This document shows, in pieces, positions 36,130-49,500 of a stretch of DNA of 64,000 bases. The notes below the pieces were generated by a model, which was given only the letters and a program-made list of their open reading frames with translations, was not told where the DNA came from and made no database searches. The stretch is from Octopus sinensis. Lineage: Eukaryota. Positions within the stretch are counted from its first letter, which is position 1. Each line of letters begins with the position of its first letter. Both the position numbers and the translations under genes were made by a program. The stretch is taken from the NCBI RefSeq assembly GCF_006345805.1, contig NC_042997.1, positions 163,184,001-163,248,000 of the forward strand, given 5' to 3'.

Positions 36130-36171
36130 AGGAAATAAAGTACAAATTTCCCTCAATCCGCAGAGTACCAT
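36130..36171 (-). CDS. Candidate first coding exon (MVLCGLREICTLFP), product unknown
   Basis: aagATGG start context, 14 codons, donor CCT|gtaagc. An overlapping alternative frame (GTLRIEGNLYFISCKLSDHVQVPCWFVKLIDFPAE) is open to a second donor near 36064. Confidence 0.3.
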
Positions 36172-36194
36172 CTTAATAATTAAAAAAAAAGGAG

Positions 36195-36267
36195 CTCATT
36201 GGTTAATGTAGTCCGGTTACTCAGTTTCTGGTAGCAAAAAAAAATAAAATTACTTTTGATCGTAAGT
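36195..36267 (+). promoter_or_regulatory. Candidate divergent promoter with a short plus-strand non-coding first exon
   Basis: Reverse CCAAT (ctcattggtta, about 36195-36205), initiator-like TCAGTT at about 36221, donor GATC|GTAAGT at 36262. Confidence 0.3.
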
Positions 36268-36624
36268 TTATAAAATGCCAACTTGTGGTTAAACAACAGC
36301 CATTAGGTTAATAATAGAAAAAATAATGTTTTATTTGTGATGTTATAGAGTTCGCGTGTATTGGGGGCTTTTGCCAGAGCATAAAATGAAATACAAAACT
36401 GAAACTGGAAAAAAATAAACAAAAACAAATGAAATCTTTCTCATCAACAATCAGGAAACCCACACTTATAAAGTTCATAAAAGAAACATTCATAAAACTC
36501 ACAGAACTCATAAAACAGTCGTAAAAACAATAGCAAACAATCGAGGATCCATTAATAATTATTTTGGTATTCAAACTGTCTTAGAAATGAGCTCTTTTTC
36601 TTGATCAAGCTTTCATATTATTTA

Positions 36625-36830
36625 CATCATCGTCGTCGTCGTCGTCGTCGTCGTCATCGTCGTCGTCGTCATCATCATGATCATCATCACCATCACCACC
36701 ACCACCATCGACATCATCATCATCATCATCGACATCACCATCGACATCATCATCATCATCGACATCACCATCGACATCATCATCATCATCATCATCACCA
36801 CCACATCATCATCATCATCATCATCATTTT
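36625..36830. repeat. Compound (CGT)n/(CAT)n/(CAC)n triplet tract
   Basis: Directly visible. It produces the poly-Arg/His/Ile ORFs at 36601-36957. Confidence 0.95.
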
Positions 36831-39800
36831 CAGTCCTTTTTCTTTTTTTTTTTTTTTTTTCATGTTTGCATGGGTTGTAGGGGGTTTTGTCAGTGCAGCA
36901 TCTGGCCAATTGTTACAACTCCTTGTCATCTTTGGGAGGCCCAGCACTCTGAAATAAACCTTTGCTATTTCTTACTATGCCCTCACTTTTACGGAGATTC
37001 CTTTTACTTTTTGGATCAGTTGTCAGTTTTTCTTTATCCAACTTTCCTCCTTTGGACACATCGTGTGCTTGTACCTTATGCCCCATCCCCCACCAAAAAA
37101 AAAAGATAAGAAAAGAGAAAACATGACGTGCAAAACTAGATACCGTCATGCAAGTCTCCATCATTCTTAATGAACTGTCACAAGATCTTTTCATATATTT
37201 CATACTTTTTTCTCTTTGTGTGTGTGTGCGCGCGGGTGCGCGCGTTATCAATATTGTCGCCTAACTCAAAATTGGCTCTTTTCATCCACTTGCTCTATCT
37301 TCCTGTCAATAACATCTGTTACTGCAAATTCCAAGCTGTCGTTTGGCTGAATTATTTACTAGAAGAATATAAAGACATTGCGACTAAGGAGGGTGAACAT
37401 CCCAAAGCATCTTATAGGTTAAATGCAATAATTATACGGTACTTCGAGGCACTGACATGTCTAATCTAGTTCAAACTAGTATCGTGTGTACTGATAACAA
37501 TAATGAGAATAACTTCAACTATAGCTATGACAGATATAATGAAAATACACCCAATATGTTATCTAGACAAGGTGAAACAATGAAGCAAAATACAATAGCA
37601 AGATCAAGCACGTCTACAGTAATTTTGATGATGTAAATTGATGTTAGTTGTTTTTGTTTTTTCATCTAATATAGATGATCGCTTCAGGAAATATTGAGTA
37701 ACTGGACGACAGAGGGGAGAGGAGAGAGAGATGTACCAAACAACCTCATTGAATGGAATATAATTAGATAATAGTAGAAAGGCTGATAGACGACAGCTTC
37801 ATGAGGTTACAGAGACAAACACATTGTCACGGACTAGATCTAGACTTAAACCGATACAAAGACAGGCAGATAGAGGACAGCAGTGAGCGAATCATGATGA
37901 GATCTTAAATGAAGAAACTCGTCGGTTAGACCTCCATCCACCCTAAGCTGCGAAAAACCCCTCGTGTGCTTAATTTCACAACAAGAACTGAATACATAGA
38001 AATGTGACTACATATCTTTATATATGGATCTAATGAAAAGATCCTTTATATATTCATAACCCACACCAATCAGTTAAAAGATGTACATGTTCATATGTAA
38101 TATATGAAAATAAAAATTCGCTTCTTCTTCAGTAATAAAAGACAGACAAACTGAGCGAAACGTCGACAGAGCAGACTGATGGTAGGTACACAAACTCACA
38201 AGAAGTACATAGTAAATATACAAACAGGCAGACTCATAAACGTACAGTAAAACGAGTTGTTCACTGATTATAACTACACCACAAATAGAAAAGTAGACGA
38301 GCAAACGTAGAGGGAGACACGTTAATGAGAAGGTAAACTCACAAACAAGTAGATACACAGACGGACAGTTAGACAGGCAAGCAGTCAGACTCAGCGTGAC
38401 GATTTACAAAACTAGACAGAAAGTGACAGACACAGAGTTAGGACCGACCTAAAGAGAGATTGACAGAGATAGAAATAATCTAGAGACAGAGAGAGAGAGA
38501 GAAGGTGGGGAGACGATTACAGCCTGAAACAAACAGATACAGAGATAGGACTAGCGCAGAGAGAGGATGACAAAAAGATATAGAGTCGGGATTAATACAG
38601 GAAGAGATGACAGTGACAGACAAATGTACGGACTGACAAACAAGCAGTTAAATAAGCAGCTGTACTAGATGATATATAGACAGAAAGATAAATAGAAATA
38701 CAATCATATAAGATATTGTATGATGACCCAGAGTTACATAAAATGTAACTGACACAGGAATAGATGAGAATTCCTGGACGGGGTGAAAGAAGATATCAAG
38801 TTAGAGAAACTGAGAGACAAGATAAACAAGTGTTGGAGATGGAATCGGAAAGAGAAAAATACAGGGGATTGAGAGGGAGAAAGAGAGAGAAAGCTGGCCA
38901 GTGAGACAGAGTAAGAGGAAAGAGCACGAGAGAGAGAGAGAGAGAAGAAGGGGAAAAGATATGAAAAGAGCGATGGAGCTGAGAAGATACTGAAGACAGA
39001 GAAAAGAATGAGAGAGAGAGAAAGAGAGAGAGGGGGAGAGGAATTTAGTAAAAGCTCCAAATGGAACAGATACAGACAGGAAAACGTGCGTGTGTTTGAG
39101 TTTGTGTGTGTATGTGTAGATAGATCGAGAGAGAGAGAGAAAAGCGAGAGGAGCAGTGATAGACAGGCAGACAGTGTGAGTGTGCGTATGTGTGTGTGAG
39201 TAAACCAAAACAGTTTTGGAATGAGGAGGGAAAAGTAGAGTCCAGTAGCTGTAACGGCAGACATTTTACAGTCCATAAACAACCCAAAGTTAATATATCT
39301 ATCTGCACACTGCAATGAAACCAGAATAAATCCTATCCTTATATCATTTTTACATTTCTCTTTTCTCTTTAGAAGTATGCAATTTACCATAAAGAAAGAA
39401 AAAAATAATGTAATCAGTGCAGGTTTCTATGGTTACTGACTGTTTTCCTTGGAATTAGAATCTGCTGTCTCCCTCTCTACCACAGATAACTTTATTCCAT
39501 TCTGTCTTTCTATATACTTTTGGGTGCAGGCATGACTGGGTGGTTAAAAAGTTTGCTTCACAGATAGACATGTGTGGTTTTGGATTTCATTGCACTACAC
39601 AGAATTTGGGTAAGAGTTTTCCACTCTAACTTCAGGTTGACCAAAGCCTTGTATATGAAATATAGTAAGCAGGGACTGTATAGAAGTTCATCAAAGAGAA
39701 GAATTCCCATTTTTTTGGTGATGGTCTTAAAACATTATCTAGCTTAAAATCATCTTGTTCTCGGTTGTCTTTAGTGAAGTCCACTCTTTTGTAAGGACAA

Positions 39801-42800
39801 AAATTGTAGCATTGCCTTCAGGATTTGAATGGCTTATCTACTGTAAACTGTATAACCATACTAATTGCTACACCAAAGCAACATTACAACCCTTGACTTT
39901 GAATTAGACTTAACCCAAGTCGTTATGCACATTTACATACACACACACTGTATAAATGAGTAACAAAGAGGCACAGGTGTACACCTGTACTCATTTATAC
40001 TTTCTCATTTATACTTTACTCATTTATTTACTCATTTATAATTTATTCACCTGGAATCTGCGCTTTGGAAATATTATAGACAGTATTTTGATATAAAGTA
40101 CCTGTCTGAATAGTCAGGAGCAGATCTCTTCACTAAGGTGGGCCATATTATCTGCGTACACTGCAAAAATATCAGGTGCTGGCACTTCTTCCCCGAGTTT
40201 GATATTCGCTTAATATTATTTGGGTGTGCATGTTACTCTGACCTAACAAGGTGCCTCAATTTATGTACCTAATTCAACTGAATCTTAATTGTATTATATA
40301 TATATAGGTAGATAGATGTAGATAGGTAGGTAGGTAGGTGTAGGGAGGGAGGGAGGTAGGTAGATGTACTTACCAGTATTTCTTAAAATAAATTTATTCT
40401 AGTATTTACTTCACAGCAAGGCAAATATTTCTTGTAACTTCAATTTAAAAGAAGTCTCTCCTCTTTGGCAGCTTTCATAAAATACCAAAGGTTTTCTGAT
40501 TACAATGCAGAGTAGAAAGTGTGTTTTGAGCTCAACAGAGGGTAGAGAAATGCAGGAATCGAAGAATATTGCTTTCAGTTACAGGAGGAACACATCCACT
40601 GCAAGCAATTGGAATGATGTTACTCACAATCAAAATTCATACTGTATCCAATGTACAATTTCTTTTTCTCTCCTCTCCCAAATAATAATCAAGCCACCTT
40701 GTTCCTTGCCAAGAGAAATCCTTCTGGCTGTCAGTCCTCAGCTCATATTGTTCTTTAAGTAATAGCCCTACAGTTAAAGTCACTGCATCCACTGCTTGCA
40801 ACATTTCAAATATACAACAATTTACTTCCTGGATTTGTCTTCTCCAGTTTGCCAATCTCACCACTGTGCCTACATGTTGAAAAGTATTGAATCTTTAACA
40901 ATCACTTCAGTGTAACAAGATGGTTGATGTCCTTAGTAGAAAATCAAATTACCTTTCTAAGTAACACTCTACACTGAATAGCTAAATTTATGTAATACAT
41001 CCTGTGTTGTAATATCAACCATATATTGTCCACTTCTACTGCAATGATCACCAAAACCTCTGGATATATTAAAACAAACTGGACCACTGAATAGATAGGG
41101 AGCATACAGACTGTCACAGTGCCATACATAGTACAAACCAATGAGGGAACCTCTACATGGTCCTTCAACATGCTAGAAATAGTAACCAAATCTTTTACAA
41201 ACCACACTGAATAGTATAAACTACTTTAAAGAATAGATGGGATTGTCACGTCTGGAAAGTCTTCGATAACAGGATTACTGGATCAAAGCTCAACAAGGGC
41301 AAAAAAATAATACAATAATAATAACAACAATAATGAGACTTGTTATGGTAAATCTCTTGTTTTTGACTTGCAGAGTCATTCGAAAACAGTCACTCAGCTT
41401 ATCTTCTGAGATAGGTTTGCTTAAGATTGACTTTCATAATTCAACAATAACAACAATAATGACATTATCAGTAACAGCAGCAGTAGCAGCATCAACAGCA
41501 ATAGCAACAATAACATGAACAAGCTAATGGAAGAGTTTAGTTTTCCATTAGCTTTAACCACGCCTCAGATAACCCTCATTGGTTACGGTACCACCTCTTC
41601 ACAGAGCTTATACATGATTATTTGACCTGCAAGAAATAGCAGCCAGATTTCCCTCAAACCATATAACCAACTTTAAGGTAGGGAAGGACACATTAAATGA
41701 TGCAGTCTAGATACACTGTCTTTGAGAAATCTTTACATATTTTGGTAGCAATGTTTCATGAATTGTCCCCTCAGTTATGAAGTCAGCAGTAGAATCACAA
41801 AAACTAGCATTGCCATTGGTAGACTTCACGAGAATATTTGGATAAAAACCTCTAAACTAAATTGTGTGTCTACAGAGCCATAGTTCTGCCAACTTTGCCA
41901 TAGACTAGTAAAACGGATACTATTTGCAACAGGCATGACAAAAGGCTCCATAAATTCACCTGAACTGTCAGTGCAAAATGGTGCATATTTGGTAACAAAC
42001 AATAGTTGGTAGACAAAGCAAATACTACAAGGGCATTCTGAAAGCCTCCTTAAAAGTCTTCAGCATTAATCGAGAGTTATAGGAGAGCCTTTGTTACTGA
42101 GAGATCTACCAAACATAGCCATATCAGAAAGATGCTAAAACTTCTAAGCAGGTAAGTATTAGGCAAGCTGAACAGTAGAGGGAGGTGAGAAAAGCCAGAG
42201 GCACTTGGTTAGGTCAGGTGTGGGGGCAGGCACCATTGCAGCACATTCTTGCATTTACCATTTGTTGGTATATTCACAGGTCCTCTCAGGTGATCCATCA
42301 AACAGTTCCCATCTCTGCGAGACACCTCCTCAACTGCCATGACCATGTGACATGTGGTCGACCAACATGAGCCATCAATCCAGATCCTCAGAGAAGAGAA
42401 CATGGTAATCAGGGTCTAACTCAAATAAATCAAGCAGCATGACCAAACAGTTGGTGTTCCTGAATCTTACAAGTAACAGGACATACCCTAGTTTCTGAGT
42501 AGAGTCATTGGTTGGATATAAAATCCAACCATTGACAACCCATAATCTTGCAAAGCATTCTAGTACCAAAGAAGTTCAGGTGGATTCTAAGGGCCCTAGA
42601 CAATGCCATAATGTCACAACTGTAGAGCAGGACAGGGAGGAATGGAGACCTAAAGACCCAAACCTTTGTTCTTCTGCTCAGATATTGGCAGCACTAAACA
42701 CCTTTGTCCAATGAGTCCACTACTGCACCAGCTCATCCAAGTCGTTTTAGGACTTCAGACTCCCAACTAATGCCACTGTGAGTCTCACTTATTTCAACAG

Positions 42801-44060
42801 TGGAGCACTGGGCCATTGACAAAATATTAACTTCTCAGTCCCTCATGCATAAACACATAAACCAAGTGGTTGAAACCCATAAGTGATATCATGGTCATTG
42901 TCCATATAGAAAGATGAAGAAGGATTTCTGAAAACAAGATAGAAAGGCTGTGGCAGGAATACCTTTCATCATAAATCTGTTCAATCAGGGAAGACCTGAG
43001 GCTAAACAACAACAACAATAAAAACCATTTATAATCCAACTTTAGGATAGGATAATATTAGAACATACCATCTAACTATCATAAGAAAGTTTAGATTTAA
43101 AGATACATTATTTTGTAATTAACTAAAATTAAATAAGTCGTTGTTGTCATTGTTAATTCCAGGTCAGTCCTGGCCAAGCAGAACCACAAAGGACATTCTA
43201 ATTATGACCATTCCATCTTTTTTGGATAACATTATCCAATATATCTTTCCTTTTGTTTGAGTTGATAGAATTTGACTGCTGTTTCTACCAAGTAGAGTGA
43301 CTGCACACAGGCTTCCTTATTGGTTTATAATATAGAAATTGTAGTTGTTAGCTTTAAGCAAGTAAATCTGATCAAAGGAGCTCCAACCTAGATATACATG
43401 TGTGTGTATTGACATACATACATACATACATACATACATACATACATACATAACTACATTGCTCAATGCCCCTTCATTTTTTATGAAATTAAGGAGTGGC
43501 TGAAGGAGATTTGGTTGCTATATCTAGCAGGTTGAGTAACCATGCAGAGGTTCCTTGTTGGCTCATTCAAGTAGTAGTGGCTAAGAACTAGTAAAAGTGC
43601 ATGTAACTAATTTAGGTTCTATTTTAGCCATTTTTAAAATTGACTGTGTTTAGCTTGAGTCAATGAGGAAACAGTACATAGTCACTTTGGTTACTAAAAA
43701 TAGAAGCAAAATCTCCCTCAAATCACATCATACTGTCTTAAATAACGATAGATACATTGGATAATGTCTCTGATATATAAAAAGACAGGATATTCTTTGA
43801 TCATAGCTCTACTAGAATGTCTTTGATCATGACTGCTTTTCATCAGATCTAACTTGGGGGCTAAACGACAGCATCAACAACTACTATTTGTAATAAGCTG
43901 AGCAACCAGAATTTCTCACTAGATCAAGAGAAAGGACCACAGGAGTATGTGAGAAGGAGAGAAAGAGAGGAGAGAGAGAGAGAGAGAAACGGAGAGATCT
44001 AGGGAAATGGAAAAAGAAATTGGAGTTGATACCAATGGAATGGGTAGAAATAACTGAGAA

Positions 44061-44291
44061 GGCGGCGAGCTGGCAGAAACATTAGCATGCCGGGTGAAAT
44101 GCTTAGCGGTATTTCGTCTACCGCTATGTTCTGAGTTCAAATTCCACCAAGATCGACTTTGCCTTTCATCCTTTCAGGGTCAATTAAATAAGTACCAATT
44201 ATGCACTGGGGTCAATATAATCGACTTAATCCGTCTGTCTGTCCTTGTTTGTCCCCTCTGTGTGTAGCCCCTTATGGGCAGTAAAGAAATA
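44061..44291 (+). mobile_element. SINE family B, full length with TSD
   Basis: ggcggcgagctggcagaaac...ctgagttcaaattcc...aaagaaata, flanked by agaaataa(c/t)tgagaa at 44046-44060 and 44292-44306. Confidence 0.92.
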
Positions 44292-44566
44292 AGAAATAAT
44301 TGAGAAGAAATGGAGATACAGTGAGTAAAAGTAAAGGGAATGAATTGGATCTATATGGAAGCAGATATGACTGTGTGGGTAAGAGGTTTGCTTCACAGTC
44401 TCATGGTTCCAAGTTCAATTATGCTACACAGCACCTTGGGTAATTATCTTCTATCATAGTCATGAGTTGACCCAAGATTTACGAGTAAAATCTGGTAGAC
44501 AGAAACTACACCTGTTTTTAAGCCATCACCCAGTTTAATACCACTGTAGTGGTGTATGGCTTAGTA

Positions 44567-44873
44567 CAGTGGTTCTGAAAGTGGGCTGTACCACCCCACT
44601 GGGGTCAGTGGAAAGATCCAGGGGACGTTGAGGAAAAATGGGGCGATAATGGGGTGACCAAAAACAGGGCAATGGATGTAAAAAAAAAACAAAAAACAAA
44701 CTAAAGGGTTAATTAGGTTAAGATTTATTTGTGAAATACTGTTGTTTTGAATTTGCTGCAGAAAATGGTCTATATCTCTGATGGTAAGTGTGGTGGCAGT
44801 GTTGGTGGTAGGGCACTAGAAATGTGGCCTTAGAACCAAGGGGTGGCAGCCTGTAAAAGTTTGGGAACCACTG
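44567..44873. mobile_element. hAT (Charlie-like) MITE inserted in the A-box region of a family C SINE
   Basis: TIRs cagtggttctgaaa and ttgggaaccactg; 8-bp TSD gcttagta/gcttagtg. Removing the element restores atggcttagtggttagggtg. Confidence 0.85.
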
Positions 44874-45075
44874 GCTTAGTGGTTAGGGTGTTAGGATCAT
44901 GATCAAAAGATTGCAGTTTCAATTCCAGGCAACATGTGTTCTTGAACAAAATACTTCATTTCACATTGCTCCTGTCCACTCAGCTGGCAAAAATAAGTAA
45001 TCCTGCAAACAACCAACATCCCATCCAGGTGGGGAATTTATACACAATGAAACTAGGAAACCAGTCCTTACATGT
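44874..45075 (+). mobile_element. tRNA-head SINE, family C (interrupted)
   Basis: Colinear with the reverse complement of 30060-30292 (gtgttcttgaacaaaatacttcatttcacattgctcctgtccactcagctggc). Confidence 0.85.
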
Positions 45076-45220
45076 CAGTATGACTCAAAAAGGTAACTTT
45101 ACCTTTTTAATACCACTACTTATAGTATCTTGGGTGAGTATCTTCTACCATAGTCAAAAGGTTCGTCTAAAATTTATGAGTGAAATGTGGTAGACAGAAA
45201 CTGTGAAAAGGCTCATTTAA

Positions 45221-45398
45221 CCGTTTAACATTTAAACCAGCCACATCTGGTCCAAATATGCAACATGTGTTAGGCTTAAACCAGCCAGATTCAGCATCTC
45301 ACACTTATTCTGCAGCCATTCTAAAAATATAGAATCACTTCAAAACCTTGTGAATAAATAAGCATTACATTTGGTAGGGTAATCTGAATGCTAAACAG
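45221..45398. mobile_element. piggyBac-like MITE
   Basis: TTAA at 45217-45220 and 45399-45402; degenerate TIRs ccgtttaacattta and tgaatgctaaacag. Internal similarity to 5901-6106 in the opposite orientation. Confidence 0.8.
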
Positions 45399-45458
45399 TT
45401 AATGGACTGACTAAACCTGTTCTTAACCCATCACCCGGTTTAATACCATCACTTAGAG

Positions 45459-45749
45459 CAGGGGTTCTCAACTATTATTTTTATCTATAGACCCCTTTGA
45501 TTACTATTTTATTCTGGTGGACCCCTATACAATGTTTAAACATACTTCTTTCAAAATTCCTGTTTTGTTTTTCACACATCAACTTTTGTAGGTTGAGCTA
45601 TGTAAAACTTTAGAGAAAAAAATCCAAGCTGTTTCTTGCATCTAAAGCAAAATCTTTTCAGGGGCCCTTGAAATACTATTTTGTTGCATGGACCCCAAAA
45701 TTTTATATGGACCTTCAGGGGCCATATGGATCCTAGTTGAGAACCACTG
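45459..45749. mobile_element. hAT MITE
   Basis: TIRs caggggttctcaac and gttgagaaccactg; perfect 8-bp TSD acttagag (45451-45458 and 45750-45757). Confidence 0.93.
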
Positions 45750-46813
45750 ACTTAGAGCATCAAGGGTAAGTACCTTCTACCATAGTCAAAAGGTTCATCC
45801 AAGATTCATGAGTGAAATGTGGTAGACAGAAACAGTGAAAAGGCCCATTTAATGGACTGACCATACCTATTGTTGACCCATCACCCAGTTTAGTACCACC
45901 ACTCAGTGCCTTTACTTAAGTCCTCTCAATTGCAAGCATTTGGGCCATGTCTCATCACCAGTCTAAAGATAACTTGATATTATAACATGTTGCCTCCTTT
46001 CCAACTATAACAACACATGAGTCAGTGTTTCTTACTCCATTCCACCCGCTCCCTGGAGACCATATAAAAGGCCATGAGTACTGCCCTTCCTACTCTGAAT
46101 AAGCCATAAAAAGAGAAATAAAATGTGACTATTCCAGTGTTTCATTACAATGGTAAAATATAACAGACATTCTTTTGAACTAAATGACATAAAAGAGAAA
46201 GAGGCTATTTATATACTAAACATTAATAGAAATATTAGGAAAGTATTGGAGGTGGCCGAGCATTATTAATAGGAGAGCATAGAGTAATATTAGTTTTAAA
46301 TAAACTCATGTTTGTCCGTGTATGTGAGTAAGCCAATGAGGGAGCCTCTGTGTGGTTGCTGGATCTAGGGGAAATAGCATCCAAATTTCCCTCAAATCAT
46401 ACCTTTACCATCTAAATAAAAAAAGCAAGGATATATTGAATAATCTAGTCTTTCTTATAGAAGACACATGGAAAAGGAAAAAAGACTGGATGATCATGGC
46501 TGGAATACTTTTGGTTATAGGGTACCTCAGTTAGGACTTACCTAGGGCTAAACACCAACAACTATCATGTATATATATATATATATATCCACCTCACCAA
46601 ATATGTATGTGTACATGCATAAATATGTGTGTGTGCATGTGTGTGAGAGAATGATATGTAAATCTATTTTGTGAGATATTTCAAGTTCTTAAACTCTGTT
46701 TCATCTTTTTATCACCTAGACTATGGTGCAGTTCTGAAGTATTTTATTTACTTTATTTACCATAAATTCTTCACAGAGTACTTTGTATTCTAACAATAAG
46801 TTTCGATGAGCAC

Positions 46814-47288
<475 letters not shown>

Positions 47289-47493
47289 GTTAACTAGTGC
47301 ACATGTTTTTATAGGCAGTATTGACTATATGACCCTCTCCTAGCATACAACAATATATGTTTCGGCAGACAGTTTCACATTAAGAATATTGCAAAACAAA
47401 CCCTCAAAGAAATATGTCCGACTGTGTGTGTGTGTGTGTGTGGTGTGTGTATGTATGTGTGCATGTGCGTGTGTGTGTGTGCATGCATGCACA

Positions 47494-47537
<44 letters not shown>

Positions 47538-47739
47538 CAGGTCTCGTTGTGTTGTTAAGTTTGCAGTGTGATTTCGGATTCAGTCCAACTTCGTGGCCAC
47601 TTTGGGCAAGTGCCTTCTACTTGTAGCCTTTATGAGTAAATTTGGAGGGCAGAAACTGAGAAGAAGCCAACCATATACATATGTCATCCTCATCATCATC
47701 ACCACCACCACCATCACCATCATCATCATTTCACAGGGG

Positions 47740-47885
47740 CATCAAGCCATAGAAACCATGCTGAAGTGGACAGCAGAGCTTGGTGCAGTCTTCTGATTTG
47801 TCAGTTCCTGTTGAACCATCCAATCCATGCCAACCTGAAAAAGGGGCATTAAACGATGATGAGGTTGATGATGAGGATGATGATG
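47740..47885. mobile_element. RTE-tail SINE D fragment
   Basis: ggggcatcaagccatagaaaccatgc...ccaatccatgccaacc...gcattaaacgatgatgag. Confidence 0.75.
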
Positions 47886-48324
47886 GTGGTGGTGTTGGTG
47901 GTGGCAAATTGTCAAACTTTGCAGCATTTGTTCTGACTCACTGTGTTCTGAGTTCAATTCCTGCTGAGTCCAAACTTACCTTTCTCCTTTTAGTGTCAAT
48001 AAAAATGTATAAATCTAAGGTAGTGGATTGGTGGAGCTGTAAGAATATTAGACCAAATACCTTGTGGTATTTGCTATGGCATTTTGCATTCTGAATGAAA
48101 ATCCCACCATGACCTACTTGGATGGTAGACTTAATCTGTTGCCTGGCTTGACACCACCACCTGGCACCTTGGGTACTTCTAGCAGATTCTGTTCTGTTGC
48201 AAGTATTCAGAACAGGCTTCCAGCTTAAGGACATCTTTTTCTCACCCTTCCACTTGTCTTGGAGACCATGTCATGAGTCATGTACACTGACTTCTCTCTT
48301 GACTTAAAAAAAAAAAGTAATAAT

Positions 48325-48665
48325 GAGTACTCAGAAAGGGCAAACCTCTGCCAAGGCAACACCAATGTCCTCTCAACGATTAGCCGGAGATGATTTTTAA
48401 AATGAGAATATCTGAAATAAACTTGACTGCTCTCAGAAACAAGAATACTAAAAATGAACATGAGTGGTGTCAAAAATTAAGTTAAAAAAGCAAGAAAAAT
48501 AATCCAGAATCCTTGTCCGGTTCTGGATCGATCCCAAAATCTAATCAGTTTGTGTCAGTCATGAGGCCAAACAACCTTAAAGTTTCATCCAAATCCATCC
48601 AGTGGTTCTTGAGATATCTTGTCCATGGACAAACAAACAAACAAACGCAACTGTTTATTCACCGC
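48325..48665 (-). mobile_element. Helentron-associated (HINE/DINE-1-like) element
   Basis: aacctctgccaagg subterminal motif; aaagtttcatccaaatccatccagtggttcttgagatatc followed by (CAAA)n. Mirror of 49213-49500. Confidence 0.6.
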
Positions 48666-49212
48666 ACCCTGTGTGTGTGTGTATGGATGGTTGTCCTTTT
48701 ATCTCTTGGTATGTTTTGCACTAAAACAAAACAATGATAAAGTGAATTATTGTTCCAAAAATAACTCGTAAAGCTATGACTCAACAACAACAAGTGGAGT
48801 GGAGTCTTCCAAATTCTAACCTTTGCTCCATTCAGAACAAAGGTTATATTCCCAAACTGTGAGATTATTCAATACAAGTTTCTATAACAATATAAACACT
48901 GAATATGTTTATATAGTAGCAAAAATGTTGTAATGGATTCATTATCACTTCATGTGCTGTTGCTACTTACTGCTTGGAGCTTCTCAGTTGATCATCCTGC
49001 TAGAAATAACAGCCAAATATACTTTGAATTACATTTTACCTTCAGAAATTTGAAATGGTTAATTTGGCAACATAATTAGTTCTAAACATATAAAAATATG
49101 GGATGGTCTTAGTTGAGGTACCTTTGATTATATGTCTGCTGGATTCATACTAAACCACAGCAACAAACATTATCTTCATGCTCTCAATAGAACAGTATTT
49201 ATGTTTTCAACC

Positions 49213-49500
49213 ATTTTTACCTCCGCCAAGCAAGGAGGTTATGTTTTCATTGGCATTGGTTTGTCCGTCTGTCCATCTGTGTGCAAAATAACTCAAAAAG
49301 TTGTGAACAGTATTTAATGAAACTTGCAGAAGTTGGTAATGGCACAAGGAACAGATGATGAAATTTTGGTAGTGATCTGGGAATTTTTATGGATTCTTGA
49401 AGGATTTTTAAAGTTTATTTTCGGTTCTTTATTAGTAATTTTACTCACGTATCTATCTTAAAATGAGCCGCTTGGCAGAGGTCTGCGGAGGTGTGCTCTG
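49213..49500 (+). mobile_element. Helentron-associated (HINE/DINE-1-like) element
   Basis: tttttacctccgccaag...ggaggttatgttttc at the 5' end, a gtccgtctgtcc tract, and the inverted motif cttggcagaggt near 49472. Confidence 0.7.

Noticed and set aside
36601-36957. Poly-Arg/poly-His ORF suggesting a metal-binding or histidine-rich protein
   Set aside because: It is a (CGT)n/(CAT)n microsatellite open in several frames on both strands, with no flanking domain or splice support.
38734-39390. 218-aa minus-strand ORF with a signal-peptide-like MSAVTATGLYFSLLIP segment
   Set aside because: Most of it is translated (CT)n/(CA)n sequence, and no good donor follows the ATG segment.
40374-40495. Minus-strand segment with a good acceptor and a GTAAGT donor
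   Set aside because: All three frames contain stops, so it is at most a UTR exon. No other support.
40505-41207. Protein-like ORFs on both strands
   Set aside because: No recognisable domain or splice pattern. They are more likely decayed LINE sequence, and the adjacent 40265-40290 matches a dispersed repeat at 16744-16769.
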